64,000 nt of DNA from an uncultured Verrucomicrobiae bacterium (GTDB lineage Bacteria; Verrucomicrobiota; Verrucomicrobiia; Opitutales; JABDGR01), in NCBI GenBank assembly GCA_963765205.1, contig CAVXVB010000005.1, forward strand, positions 480,001 to 544,000, read 5' to 3'. Below the pieces are notes generated by a model. The model made no database searches. It saw only the letters and a list, made by a program, of their open reading frames with translations, and was not told the origin of the DNA. Position numbers and translations under genes: made by a program. Shown one piece after another: positions 1 to 10,012 of the stretch. Numbering within the stretch: the first letter of the stretch is position 1; every line of letters begins with the position of its first letter.

Positions 1-1
1 C

Positions 2-133
2 CTCGAAAAAATCGAAGCGGCGATGATCGAGCGCGCGCTGAAGGAAACCGACGGCAACCACGCCCAGGCTGCCGAACTCCTCGGCATCACCCGCGCCACC
101 TTGAAGAAACGGGTGGAGGCTTTGCAGAAATGA
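2..133 (+). CDS. C-terminal Fis-type HTH of a probable sigma-54-dependent (NtrC-family) regulator, 5' partial
   Basis: Frame 2 reads LEKIEAAMIERALKETDGNHAQAAELLGITRATLKKRVEALQK*, a typical HTH_8 pattern. Confidence 0.8.
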   Translation, partial: LEKIEAAMIERALKETDGNHAQAAELLGITRATLKKRVEALQK

Positions 134-135
134 GG

Positions 136-216
136 TTCACCGCAAAGAAGCAAAGGGCGCAAAGAAAGATTTTTAAATCCTGACTTTCTTTGCGATCTTC
201 GCGCCTTGGCGGTGAA
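136..216. repeat. Palindromic TTCACCGCAAAG...CTTTGCG..GCGGTGAA repeat, copy 1
   Basis: Inverted arms ttcaccgcaaagaagcaaagggcgcaaag / ctttgcgatcttcgcgccttggcggtgaa; related copies at 11724, 34178, 45530 and 51910. Confidence 0.8.
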
Positions 217-1213
217 TTTTCCTCTTATCGTCAAACCCTTTGGGATGCGCGCGGTGCCAGGCCCAGGCGGTTGCGACGATTTGATCGAGCTTCGGATACT
301 CGATTTTCCACCCCAGTTCGCGCACGGCTTTTTGATTGTCCGCATAAAGCGCGGGCGGGTCGCCGGCGCGGCGCGGCGCGAACTTCACCTTCACTTTTTT
401 GCCGGACGCCTTTTCGACCGCGGCGATGACTTCGCGCACCGAATTCGGCGCGCCGGTGCCAAGATTATAAAACAACTGCGCGCCGGGCTTTTTGAGTTTG
501 TCGAAGACGAGGATGTGGGCGCGCGCCAGGTCGTCCACGTGGACGTAATCGCGCAGGCAGGTGCCGTCGGGGGTGGGGTAGTCCGTGCCGAAGATTTTGA
601 TATGCGGCAACTGGCCGAGCACCTGCGCGATGGCGAGTGGGATGAGGTGCGTCTCTGGGGCGTGATCTTCGCCGATGGCGCCGTTGCGCGCCGCGCCCGC
701 AGCGTTGAAATAGCGCAGGGCGGCAAAGCTCAGGCCATCGGAGCGCGCGAGGGCTCTCAGGACATTTTCCAAATCGAGCTTCGATTCGCCATAGGGGTTG
801 ATGGGGCGCTGCGGATGGTCTTCGGTGATCGGCAGGCGCTCGGGCACGCCGTAGGTGGCGCAGGTCGAGGAGAGCACGAATTTTTTCACGCCGCTGGCGA
901 GCATGGCCTCGAGGAGGTTCAGTGGCGCGGCCAGGTTGTTCTGATAATACTTGAGCGGGGCGGTCACCGACTCGCCAACATAGCAATAGGCGGCGAAGTG
1001 CATGACCAGCTCGATGCGGTGCTTTTTCAAAATCGCCCGCATGGCCTTGCCGTCGCCGAGGTCGGCCTCCTGGAACGGCACGCTGTTGGCGACGGCTGCG
1101 CGGTGGCCGTAAACCAGGTTGTCCACCACGACCGGGCGGTGGCCCTGCGCGCTGAGCTGGCGCACGCAATGGCTGCCAATATAGCCGGCTCCGCCGACGA
1201 CGAGAACATTCAT
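173..1213 (-). CDS. galE: UDP-glucose 4-epimerase
   Basis: MNVLVVGGAGYIGSH Rossmann motif, YGESK (YxxxK), LRYFNAAGA, DGTCLRDYVHV; start placed at ATG 1213. Confidence 0.95.
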   Translation of the reverse strand: MNVLVVGGAGYIGSHCVRQLSAQGHRPVVVDNLVYGHRAAVANSVPFQEADLGDGKAMRAILKKHRIELVMHFAAYCYVGESVTAPLKYYQNNLAAPLNLLEAMLASGVKKFVLSSTCATYGVPERLPITEDHPQRPINPYGESKLDLENVLRALARSDGLSFAALRYFNAAGAARNGAIGEDHAPETHLIPLAIAQVLGQLPHIKIFGTDYPTPDGTCLRDYVHVDDLARAHILVFDKLKKPGAQLFYNLGTGAPNSVREVIAAVEKASGKKVKVKFAPRRAGDPPALYADNQKAVRELGWKIEYPKLDQIVATAWAWHRAHPKGFDDKRKIHRQGAKIAKKVRI

Positions 1214-1450
1214 GGGCGCGCAGTGTGGGGGCAAACCGGCCCCGTTGCCAAGACGGAAAGAGGGCGCGCGCGACAAGAGCACCCGACCGCCCACGGTCTT
1301 TTTTTATGTTGATTAGGCCCGCTGAACCGGGTTAGCTATACCCTGACTAACCAAAACCAGCCGGAATTACGTGAGTTTTACCCGACGCATGAACAGCACA
1401 CAGCATCTCGCAGGGCGGCCATCCGGGCTTCGCCCCAACCCCCTGCGTTA

Positions 1451-2383
1451 ATGGCCGTTCAATACACCAGCACGGGGGCGCAGCGCCCGATGGCTCCGCG
1501 CCCGCCAATGGGGCCGATGGGACCGCGGCCACCCATGGGTCCGCGGCCCCCGATGTCCGGGGGTTCCTCGATGGGTTCGCGCGGCCCGCGCCGCCCGTAT
1601 CCCGCTTCGCACACGCCGCAATTGCGCAAGAACGAGCGCATCCGCGCGCTCGAGGTCCGCGTCATCGGCCCCGACGGCAAGCACCTCGGCATCCTGCCCA
1701 CGCGCGAGGGGATGCGCATCGCCCAGGCCCACGCGCTCGACCTCGTCGAAGTTTCGCCCGGCGAACGGCCGCCCGTTTGCAAAATCCTCGACTACGGCAA
1801 ATTCATGTATGAGGAGGGCAAGAAGCAGAAACACAGCAAGCCCCACGCCTCGAAACTCAAGGAAGTCAAATTCCGCCCCCGCATCGAGCAGCACGACTAC
1901 GACACGAAGCTGCGCCACGTCGAGGAATTCCTCTTCCACGGCGACAAGGTCAAGCTCACGCTCTTTTTCAAAGGCCGCGAAATGGAGCACAAGGAACTCG
2001 GCTTCGAGACGATGAAGCGCGTCCTCGCCGACCTGACGCACGTCGGCCTGGCCGACCAGCCCCCGCGCCTCTTTGGCCGCAACATCAACGCGACGCTTTC
2101 GCCCCTGCCGCCCAATAAACGCAAGTGGAAACATAATTTGCGCGAGGACGGTTCCGCGCCGCACGGCCACACCCATACGCCCCGCACGCACGAAGATGAC
2201 CAGGCCCGTGGTCACACGCACGATCACAGCCACGAGCATGGCCACCAACATGGCCCCGCGCATGACCAAGCGGCGCCCGCCACGCCCGCGCCCGGTGGCG
2301 CGGTCACGTTGCTCGGAGCCGCGCTTGATTCCGCGCCCACCGTCCCGCCTCCATCTCCCGGCGGGCCGCCGGTCAGCGCGTAA
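1451..2383 (+). CDS. infC: Translation initiation factor IF-3 with Pro/Met-rich N-terminal and His-rich C-terminal extensions
   Basis: NERIRALEVRVIG, LDLVEVSP..PPVCKILDYGKF, KEVKFRPRIEQHDY. Confidence 0.93.
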   Translation: MAVQYTSTGAQRPMAPRPPMGPMGPRPPMGPRPPMSGGSSMGSRGPRRPYPASHTPQLRKNERIRALEVRVIGPDGKHLGILPTREGMRIAQAHALDLVEVSPGERPPVCKILDYGKFMYEEGKKQKHSKPHASKLKEVKFRPRIEQHDYDTKLRHVEEFLFHGDKVKLTLFFKGREMEHKELGFETMKRVLADLTHVGLADQPPRLFGRNINATLSPLPPNKRKWKHNLREDGSAPHGHTHTPRTHEDDQARGHTHDHSHEHGHQHGPAHDQAAPATPAPGGAVTLLGAALDSAPTVPPPSPGGPPVSA

Positions 2384-2404
2384 TTTTGCGCGTCTCATCG
2401 CCCC

Positions 2405-3499
2405 ATGAAACAGGCCACCCCCGCCTGGTCCCACCCCGCCCGCCGTTGGGCGCGGCTTGTTGCCTGCTTGATCGCGGTTCTGCTGCTGCCCGGTCCCACT
2501 TCCACAGTGCGCGCCGATGACCAGCCCATTGACGGCAATGATTACCGCCCGTTCTCGGATGTCGCCGCCCTCTACGGCATGAAAATCACCTGGGTGACGC
2601 CTGCGCAAACCCTTCAGGCGCAAAACCAATACTGCACGATCGAAGCCACGGTGAGCGAGCGCGTCCTGCGCCTCAATGGCGAGCCGCTGGCCCTCGGCTT
2701 CCCCATCGTCGAGCACAAGGGAATGCTCTTTGTCTCGAAAAGTGATTTTGATAATAATATCTTTCCGCTCCTTTCGCCTGCGCAAATCCCCCCCCCCATC
2801 CCCCCCCTACATCGCATCGTCATCGACCCAGGCCATGGCGGCACCGACCCTGGCACCCCCCACCCCGAACTGGATACCACTGAAAAGATCAACACCTTGG
2901 ATACCGGCCTGCGTCTGGCGGTCGAATTGCAAAAGCGCGGCTATGAGGTAGTCCTTACGCGCCAAACAGATACGAGAGTCGAAGTATTGGACCGACCCCT
3001 CATGGCCAATCGGGCCAAAGCCGACCTATTTATTAGCATTCACTTTAACGATGCGGCCCAGACCAGCGTGACCGGCGTCGAAACCTGGATTCTGCCGCCG
3101 CCCGGCCAGATGACCAGCTTTGAGGATAAGCCCTCGGTATCTGAACAGACCGTTCTGTCTGGCAACCGTTTTGATGCCTGGAACGCCATCGCCGCCTATT
3201 CCGTCCAGCGCGCGGTGGCGCAGGAGCTGGGGGCGGCCAACCGGGGGGTCAAACGCGCCCACGACGGGGTGCTACGCGCCTTGGACATGCCCGGAATGCT
3301 GGTCGAGTGCGGCTTTTTGAGCAGCCCGGTGGAAGGCCGAAAAATCATCACTGGCGACTACCACCAGAAAATCGCCATGGCCATCGCCGACGGCGTGGAC
3401 TCGTATAAGGCTACCCTCGACCGCCTGCGGCCCAAGCCGGCGGCGGCGATTGCGGCGTCGGCGACCACCAAAACAGCCGCGCCTGCGGCCAAAAAATAA
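2405..3499 (+). CDS. N-acetylmuramoyl-L-alanine amidase (Amidase_3)
   Basis: Signal peptide; IVIDPGHGGTDPG, ISIHFN, LVECGFLS zinc-amidase motifs. Confidence 0.92.
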   Translation: MKQATPAWSHPARRWARLVACLIAVLLLPGPTSTVRADDQPIDGNDYRPFSDVAALYGMKITWVTPAQTLQAQNQYCTIEATVSERVLRLNGEPLALGFPIVEHKGMLFVSKSDFDNNIFPLLSPAQIPPPIPPLHRIVIDPGHGGTDPGTPHPELDTTEKINTLDTGLRLAVELQKRGYEVVLTRQTDTRVEVLDRPLMANRAKADLFISIHFNDAAQTSVTGVETWILPPPGQMTSFEDKPSVSEQTVLSGNRFDAWNAIAAYSVQRAVAQELGAANRGVKRAHDGVLRALDMPGMLVECGFLSSPVEGRKIITGDYHQKIAMAIADGVDSYKATLDRLRPKPAAAIAASATTKTAAPAAKK

Positions 3500-3613
3500 G
3501 GGGCAAAAAGAGCAATTTTCCGTCGGTTACTGCCTCTACGCAGTGCTCACGCATTGATGAACAAGCGTGCGAATCCCCTTCACCATCTTGTGCTTGTGCG
3601 ACACATCACCCAA

Positions 3614-3909
3614 CTATGCGGCAATGACTTGGAGTTTGAGCCGGCAGCCGACGATGGCGGCGGCGCGCGTGAGGGTGTGGATGGTGATGGAGGTGTTGCG
3701 TTCGTCCAATACCCGGTTCACGGCGGCGCGGCTGGTGCCCAGTTGGCGGGCCAGGGCCGTGACGCTGAGGTGTTTGCGCTTCATCCTTTCGGACAGCGCG
3801 GCGGCAATGACCTTTTTCAATGCGGCGCCTCCACTTCTTCCAGCAGGCCCTCCTGGCGCAGGAAGTCGTCTAAGTTACTGCCGTGGCGGGGGTTGGTGAT
3901 TTTCTTCAT
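3614..3909 (-). pseudogene. Frameshifted XRE/HTH antitoxin (HigA-like)
   Basis: MKKITNPRHGSNLDDFLRQEGLLEEVEA in one frame continues as LKKVIAAALSERMK...TSRAAVNRVLDERNTSITIHTL in another; apparent 1-nt loss near 3825. Confidence 0.75.
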
Positions 3910-4040
3910 ATTCGCGTTTTCTCCGTTTGGCCAGAGCGAGTTCTTGCTTCGGCGTGGTGGTATTTCAGCCATGCACGCACCGGCTCATTGTCCGCCGCGG
4001 TGCGGTAAAAGACGCAGGATAGCGGACGCAGCTTCGACAT
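3872..4040 (-). pseudogene. Internally deleted RelE/Gp49-like (HigB-type) toxin remnant
   Basis: N-terminus MSKLRPLSCVFYRTAADNEPVRAWLK is joined out of frame directly to C-terminus TTPKQELALAKRRKREYE; the core is missing. Confidence 0.7.
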
Positions 4041-4480
4041 CGGCGGGAATGTGCATCAAAAAAGATTCGCTGTCAAGGGCGGAAATAAATAAGCCTGCTG
4101 AATTGTCGCCGGCGACGCCCTCACTCGTCCCGATCCAAGCTCACCACCTTAACCAAAAAACTTCTGCCATGTTTTCAAAAATCCAGGTAATAAGGTGCAG
4201 CCTGACCCCTTCCCCTCCCATCCAACCAACCCCCTTAAACGCCCCTGCAGCGCGCATTAAGACCGCCTTTTTCGCCCACTTTGACCCTTGCAAATTTTAC
4301 GATTTTTCCCAAACCTTCGGTTTTTGTGCCCAAACCGAACGGCGTTTTACATCGGCGATTCAATTTTTAAGTTTTTCATTGAATATTGGATTAAGACAAA
4401 CCTCAAAGAGCCAGTGTTGACTGTGTGCCTGTGTCGAACATATTAACTTAATTGGATCATGGATAACGGGCGAAATGCCA

Positions 4481-4963
4481 TTATGTAGAAATACATTTAA
4501 TAATAGAACATACTATCCAAAACAGAGTAAAAAGTAATGGCAGCAGAGTCATGTTCAAGGTCACGGAGGGTTTCAATAAGATCGCTTCTCGATAAATCTT
4601 ATGGACTCCACCTCGTTCATCAGCTTTAAAGCTAGCCTTTACATCTTCTATTACTCTTGCCGTGTTCGTGTTGAATAGATGCAATTCCGGGTCTAAATCC
4701 TTCTCAAGTTCTTTCAGTCGGAATTCCCAACGAACTTGCCAAAATTTACTACCTAGGTTCGTCCAAGTCCACAGAATGGAAATTCCTGCGCCGATTAAAC
4801 AGAGCCAGATACCCATTGCTTTATTTTCTACAGTAAGAAAGGCTGCGGCAATCGCGGTATCGAGAACCAGATAATAATTAGAACGTTCCCAGAATAGGCC
4901 AATTTCCATATTCCGGGTCTCCGCGGCAATCTTGTAGAATTCCAGTTTATCTTCGGATTTCAT
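4481..4963 (-). CDS. AT-rich small membrane protein resembling the RipA/Rip1-like octameric membrane protein family
   Basis: YKIAAETRNMEIGLFWERSNYYLVL motif followed by about 3 hydrophobic helices; GC far below flanks; family assignment from memory. Confidence 0.55.
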   Translation of the reverse strand: MKSEDKLEFYKIAAETRNMEIGLFWERSNYYLVLDTAIAAAFLTVENKAMGIWLCLIGAGISILWTWTNLGSKFWQVRWEFRLKELEKDLDPELHLFNTNTARVIEDVKASFKADERGGVHKIYREAILLKPSVTLNMTLLPLLFTLFWIVCSIIKCIST

Positions 4964-5156
4964 ATTTGAAATTGGGCTGTCAGGTTGAGCCTGTCGGACT
5001 AAATGCCATCTCTCAATAAGATGGCTGACATTGACATAGGCTGGAAGATAACATTGGTCGGGCTGGCAGGCAATAATGGAATCAAGGCTGGGGCAACGCG
5101 CAATTTTCCTGGCTCGGTATCTCAATGGGTAATTAACCCCCTTCCCGAAGCTCAGT

Positions 5157-7910
5157 TCAGTTCTGCCGCAACACAAAATACGGCGTGTTGGCCAAGACTG
5201 AATTAAAGCCGGGAAACAACGTCGCGCGCCCGGCGGCGTCTCGCAATTCAAAGTAATACGTCAGCGCGAAGGGCGAGTCGGTGTAACTGGCGGGAATTTC
5301 CGCTTGGAAACCCGCTCCGTCCGGCGTCAGCGCGAGGGTGTTCCAAACTGCGGACTGGTCGGTGTGGCGGTAAAATAATTTGGCCGTGGCGGGGGGCGTT
5401 TTCGTTTCCACGGGCGTGAGCGCGAGTGGCACCGCCGCACCCCGGCGGAAGACGAGCGGGGAGGCGTGTGCTACGTTGGGCGCGGGTCGCGCGTCGGGCG
5501 CGCCGGTGACGCGGCGGATGAGTTCGGCCATCGCGTCGTCGGTCGTCCCCGTCACCTTCGGCGCGGGGGGCTGGCGCTGCTTCATCAAGGCGATGTCCTG
5601 GTCCATCAGCGCCACGCGGTCGTCCCAATTTCCGCGCTGGAACCAGCCGTCGCCATAAGTCAGGTCGGTGACGTAGGCACGGCCCATCGCGTCCACAAAA
5701 TCCGACCAAATCTGCCGCGCGGCGGTGTAGGCCTGCAACGCGGCCACGAAGGCGGCGGGATGGCTGGTGTTTTCAAACAGCGCATACAGCACCGCGGCGC
5801 GGAATTTTTTCGCGAAAAAGCGCCCGAGGCCGATTTGCGTTTGCACGTCCAGCGCGTAGCGCCGCCAGGAGCCGATGCGGCGGTCCGGCACTTCGTTCAC
5901 GGCCTTGAAATAGCCGTCTTCCGCGGTTTGCGCCAAATCCTCCAGCCACTGCGCGACTTCGATAGGCGTGTATTGGCCGGTCAGGCCGACGTTCGGATCG
6001 AGCAAAGCCGTCACATAGTCATCCATGCGGTAGAAAAGCTGCGGGTCGAGCGGGCTGACGGCGTCGAAGCGCTTCGGCGACGGCGTGTCGGTGTAGGGTT
6101 CCGGGTGCGAGGCGTCCACGATGGACATGTTCTCATACATCTCCGGCCAGTAACTGTTGTTCGACGCCGAGGGCAGGTGCGCGGTCGTCACCAGCGGCAG
6201 GATGCGGCTGGCATGGGCGAGGGAAAGCTCGACGGTGCCCGCGCCGTCAAAAAACTCCCGCCGCAAATACCGCCCCCACGTCTGCGGCTGCGCCTCGGTC
6301 GAGTAGAAGAGCCGGCCCCACACGCGGTAAGTGTATTCATATTTCGCGGATTCGCCGGCCGGCGAGCGCAGCGAGGGGTCCGCATAGCCGTCGCGCCCGC
6401 CGGGCAGGCCGGAGCCTTTGCGCCCTTTGAACGACAGCGGGTCAAAAATCTCCTGGCCGAGGCTGCCGCAGAAACTCCCGGCGCGGCTGTAGCCGGCCGC
6501 CAGCACCGGGTCGCCCCACAGCAACACGCGTTGCGTGCCGGGCCAGATGCGGTGGAAAATCCCGTATTTGCGGTCCTCGGTCAGCAAATCGCCGTAGCTG
6601 TAGCGCAGGAAGCTGCGCGCGCCGCTGCTCTGCGCGAACGCGCCGGTGCCGCGCGCGCGCGTCGGCATCTCGAGTTGGCGGATGGCGGCCTGGTGGTAGG
6701 GCAGGCTCATGTGCTCGGCGGAGAATTTCGGCGAGACCGTCACCGGCAGCCCCGTGCCCAGCGCGACGTCGAGGGTTTCCTGATCCATGCCCTTGGCGTG
6801 CATGTCGAGTTCGACGGGCCGGCCGCTGCGCACGCAGCCGTCGAAGATCGTCCGCCACAAATCATAACTGCCCTCCGGCACGCCGCTCTCGCCGTGGATG
6901 CGGAAGGTCACGCCGGTGATGTTCGGGCATTCCTTTAAAATGATTGCCAGCGCGTCGCGCGAGTAGGGCGCCTGCGTCTGCGCGGTGAGGCCGGTGATGA
7001 GGTGGTTCGCGTTCGGGCTGTTCGGGAATTGATAAGCGTGCGTCCAGAGGCCGAGTTGGAATTGCAGGCCGCGCGCCGCCGCCTCGTCGCTGATGAAGCG
7101 CAGCATGGCGAAGTTCTGGTCGCGTTCCGCGTCGGGCAGGTTGGTGGCCGCGACGTTGTAACCGGGCACGGAGAGCAGGAACGGGTAGGCGAAATACAAA
7201 TACGTGTCGCGCACCCCGCTCGGGGAATCGTAGCCCAGCCCGAACGCCAGGTTGAAGCGGTTGAAGCGTTGCGTCGCCAGCGTGGTCAGGTAACTGCGCC
7301 AGAAATCGCGGTCGTTATACCAGGCCTTGTCCTCGACATCGCTGACGAACATCCGCATCACGCTGCGGATTTTGTTGGCCGGGCGTTCGACCAGGGCCAC
7401 TCCCTGCTGGTTCCCGGACGGCAGGGCCGTCGCCGCATTGCCCGTGTGGGCGACGGCGTCGGCGAGTTCCGTCACTGCATACATCAAGCCGCGCGCGTCC
7501 GCCCCGCTGGCGACCAAGAGATCGCGCGCGCCGAGCCGGCCTGGCGCAATGGCGAGCGCTTCGGCCTCGTTGGGAGCGGCGGTGGCGCCCGCGTCGCGCA
7601 CCCGCGCGCTGGTGCGGCCTGCAGCCACAATACAAACCGCGCCCGGCGGCGCGGCGTCCAAGTTCGCCGCCACATTGACCACGAATCCCCGCGCCGCATA
7701 GGCCGCGCGCAATTGCACGATGGCCCATTGCGCCGGCGCGGAGGATGCCACTGGGTCCGCCGGGTCGGCGATGATGCAGGCGGCGTGGCCGGCCACATTT
7801 TGCCCTGCCACGGGAGTGCCCGGCGTTCCCGCGCAACCCCCGAGCGCACCGCCAACCATTCCACCGGCCGCGGCCAGGCCGGTCTTAATCAAAAAATCGC
7901 GCCGTTCCAT
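5157..7910 (-). CDS. Tat-exported large protein, probable glycoside-hydrolase-like TIM-barrel enzyme
   Basis: MERRDFLIK twin-arginine signal; GH20/GH67-like N-terminal domain (LLVASGADARGLMYAV..LAD); FRIHGESG; beta-sandwich-like C-terminus. Confidence 0.6.
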   Translation of the reverse strand: MERRDFLIKTGLAAAGGMVGGALGGCAGTPGTPVAGQNVAGHAACIIADPADPVASSAPAQWAIVQLRAAYAARGFVVNVAANLDAAPPGAVCIVAAGRTSARVRDAGATAAPNEAEALAIAPGRLGARDLLVASGADARGLMYAVTELADAVAHTGNAATALPSGNQQGVALVERPANKIRSVMRMFVSDVEDKAWYNDRDFWRSYLTTLATQRFNRFNLAFGLGYDSPSGVRDTYLYFAYPFLLSVPGYNVAATNLPDAERDQNFAMLRFISDEAAARGLQFQLGLWTHAYQFPNSPNANHLITGLTAQTQAPYSRDALAIILKECPNITGVTFRIHGESGVPEGSYDLWRTIFDGCVRSGRPVELDMHAKGMDQETLDVALGTGLPVTVSPKFSAEHMSLPYHQAAIRQLEMPTRARGTGAFAQSSGARSFLRYSYGDLLTEDRKYGIFHRIWPGTQRVLLWGDPVLAAGYSRAGSFCGSLGQEIFDPLSFKGRKGSGLPGGRDGYADPSLRSPAGESAKYEYTYRVWGRLFYSTEAQPQTWGRYLRREFFDGAGTVELSLAHASRILPLVTTAHLPSASNNSYWPEMYENMSIVDASHPEPYTDTPSPKRFDAVSPLDPQLFYRMDDYVTALLDPNVGLTGQYTPIEVAQWLEDLAQTAEDGYFKAVNEVPDRRIGSWRRYALDVQTQIGLGRFFAKKFRAAVLYALFENTSHPAAFVAALQAYTAARQIWSDFVDAMGRAYVTDLTYGDGWFQRGNWDDRVALMDQDIALMKQRQPPAPKVTGTTDDAMAELIRRVTGAPDARPAPNVAHASPLVFRRGAAVPLALTPVETKTPPATAKLFYRHTDQSAVWNTLALTPDGAGFQAEIPASYTDSPFALTYYFELRDAAGRATLFPGFNSVLANTPYFVLRQN

Positions 7911-8070
7911 GCCAGTAAAGGGGTAAGGCCGCGATTACATGAAGACCCGCGCGCGTTGGCAATCACCAATGAGAAAAAAGGGTGGGGGACGTTCACTTTT
8001 ATTCGGCAATAATCTTCTAACAAACTTCCGGCTGGCACGTCTTGACCTTAACCACCAAAATCCCTCCTCT

Positions 8071-9555
8071 ATGAAATCCCTGCTTTTTCCCGCCCTGCTG
8101 GCCGCCCTGCTGCTTCCGACCGTGCTGCCCGCCCAGCCCTCGCTGACTATTTACAACCAGAACTTCGCTGTCGTGCGCGACCAGGTGCCGCTCGACCTGC
8201 ACGCCGGTGAGAACGTCGTCCCCTACACCGGCGTCACCGCGCAACTCGAACCTGATTCCGTCGTGCTCCGCGACCCGGCGGGCCTGGTGCCGCTGACAAT
8301 CCTGGACCAGAGTTATCGCGCCGACACTCTTTCACAGGGCTATATGCTCCAGGTCAATGAGGGGAAAACGATTGATTTCCTGGTGCGGGACAAGGACAAC
8401 AAGGAATATACCGTGCCGGGGAAAATCATCCGCAGCGGCTACACGCCCGGCTCCGGTTACAACCCCGCCGAAGACTACAATCCCCGGCCCGCCGGCGACA
8501 CCCCCATCATCGAAGTCGGCGGCCAGTTGCGCTTCTCCCTGCCCGGCGAGCCGATTTTTCCCGCGCTCGCGGACGACGCCGTGCTCAAGCCCACGCTCAC
8601 CTGGCGGCTCGCCGCCGCGGCCCCGGCCAAGCTCAACGCGGAATTAAGTTATATCACCAATGGATTAAGCTGGAAGGCCGCCTACAACTTTGTCGCCCCG
8701 GAAACAGGCGACACCCTCGACCTGGTCGGCTGGGTCACGTTCGAGAACGAGTCCGGCAAGGAGTTCACGAATGCCACCGTCAAATTGATGGCCGGCGACG
8801 TGAATAAAATCCAGACGCCCCAGCCGATGTTCGCGCGCGCCGGCGCGATGGCCGCGATGGCTCCGATGGCCCCGCCGCCCGTCACCGAAAAAGCCTTCGA
8901 CGAATTCCACCTCTACACGCTTACCCAGCCGGTGACGCTCCACGATCACGAGACCAAGCAGGTCGAATTCATCCGCGCGACCGGTGTGAAGGCCGCGACC
9001 CTCTATGTTTACGACGGCGCGGCGCTCGGCAACTTCCAGGGTTGGGACCCCATTAACATCCGCACCAACCCGGACTACGGCACGCAGTCGAATAAAAAAG
9101 TCTGGATCATGCGCGAGTTCAAAAACAGCGCGGACAACGGCCTCGGCCTCGCCCTGCCCGCCGGGCGCGTGCGCTTTTACCGCCGCGACGACGCCGACCA
9201 CAGCGTCCAGTTCGTCGGCGAAAACACCCTCGACCACACGCCCGAGGGCGAAGTCGTGCGCCTCTACACCGGCGACGCCTTTGACCTCGTCGGCGAGCGC
9301 TCACGCACGGACTACCAGCTTGACCAGCGCAACAACCAGGCGCAGGAATCCTTCGCCATCACGCTGCGCAACCACAAGAAAGACCCCGTCGAAATCCGCG
9401 TCGTCGAGCACCTCTACCGCTGGAACAACTGGCAAATCACTGAGAAGTCGGACGACTTCGTCAAGACCGACGCGCAAACCGTCGAGTTCCGCGTCACCCT
9501 CCAGCCCGAAGAGGAAAAGGTCGTCACTTACAAGGTGTTGTATAGTTGGCGGTGA
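8071..9555 (+). CDS. DUF4139 domain protein
   Basis: Signal peptide, LTIYNQNFAVVRD, LSYITNGLSWKAAY, LPAGRVRFY, FVGENTLDHTP. Confidence 0.85.
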   Translation: MKSLLFPALLAALLLPTVLPAQPSLTIYNQNFAVVRDQVPLDLHAGENVVPYTGVTAQLEPDSVVLRDPAGLVPLTILDQSYRADTLSQGYMLQVNEGKTIDFLVRDKDNKEYTVPGKIIRSGYTPGSGYNPAEDYNPRPAGDTPIIEVGGQLRFSLPGEPIFPALADDAVLKPTLTWRLAAAAPAKLNAELSYITNGLSWKAAYNFVAPETGDTLDLVGWVTFENESGKEFTNATVKLMAGDVNKIQTPQPMFARAGAMAAMAPMAPPPVTEKAFDEFHLYTLTQPVTLHDHETKQVEFIRATGVKAATLYVYDGAALGNFQGWDPINIRTNPDYGTQSNKKVWIMREFKNSADNGLGLALPAGRVRFYRRDDADHSVQFVGENTLDHTPEGEVVRLYTGDAFDLVGERSRTDYQLDQRNNQAQESFAITLRNHKKDPVEIRVVEHLYRWNNWQITEKSDDFVKTDAQTVEFRVTLQPEEEKVVTYKVLYSWR

Positions 9556-9586
9556 GGGGCGGAGGGACCTTACTGTTTTGTTCCAA

Positions 9587-10012
9587 CTATGGCTTGGTTT
9601 TTGTCTTGGGCGGCAGCATCTGCTGTTTTAAAGCGCCGTAAATGGCGCGAAATTCTGGGTCTTTGTGGATCAGTAATCCTTCCACGCGCAAGGCGGTCGC
9701 GGCCACGAACGCGTCGGCCAAAGAGACCGTATAAACGGCTTTGATTTTGGCTGCTTCACTGCAAAGAACCTCGTCCGTATGGTGCCATTGAATCGGCCAT
9801 GCTTTGATCTTGGCGAGGGCTTTAGCGGCGTCGGTTGCGCCCCGCTCGCGGGTTGTGATGTATTCGATTTCAGTCAACGTGGCGAAAGACGCATGGACGG
9901 ACGCCATACCCGATTTTGCGTTTAACAAACAGGCTTCAACAATCTCCGCCCCCGCCTCGTTTTCAAGGAACGCCAGGCAAGCAGAAGTGTCGAGCACGAT
10001 GACCTCAGCCAC
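9587..10012 (-). CDS. PIN-domain (VapC) toxin
   Basis: IVLDTSA, TLTEI, SLADAF, HKDPEF acidic PIN motifs; overlaps upstream small ORF. Confidence 0.88.
   Translation of the reverse strand: MAEVIVLDTSACLAFLENEAGAEIVEACLLNAKSGMASVHASFATLTEIEYITTRERGATDAAKALAKIKAWPIQWHHTDEVLCSEAAKIKAVYTVSLADAFVAATALRVEGLLIHKDPEFRAIYGALKQQMLPPKTKTKP

Noticed and set aside
3554..4420. 288-aa plus-strand ORF
   Set aside because: It is antisense to the decayed TA pair and runs into non-coding low-complexity DNA.
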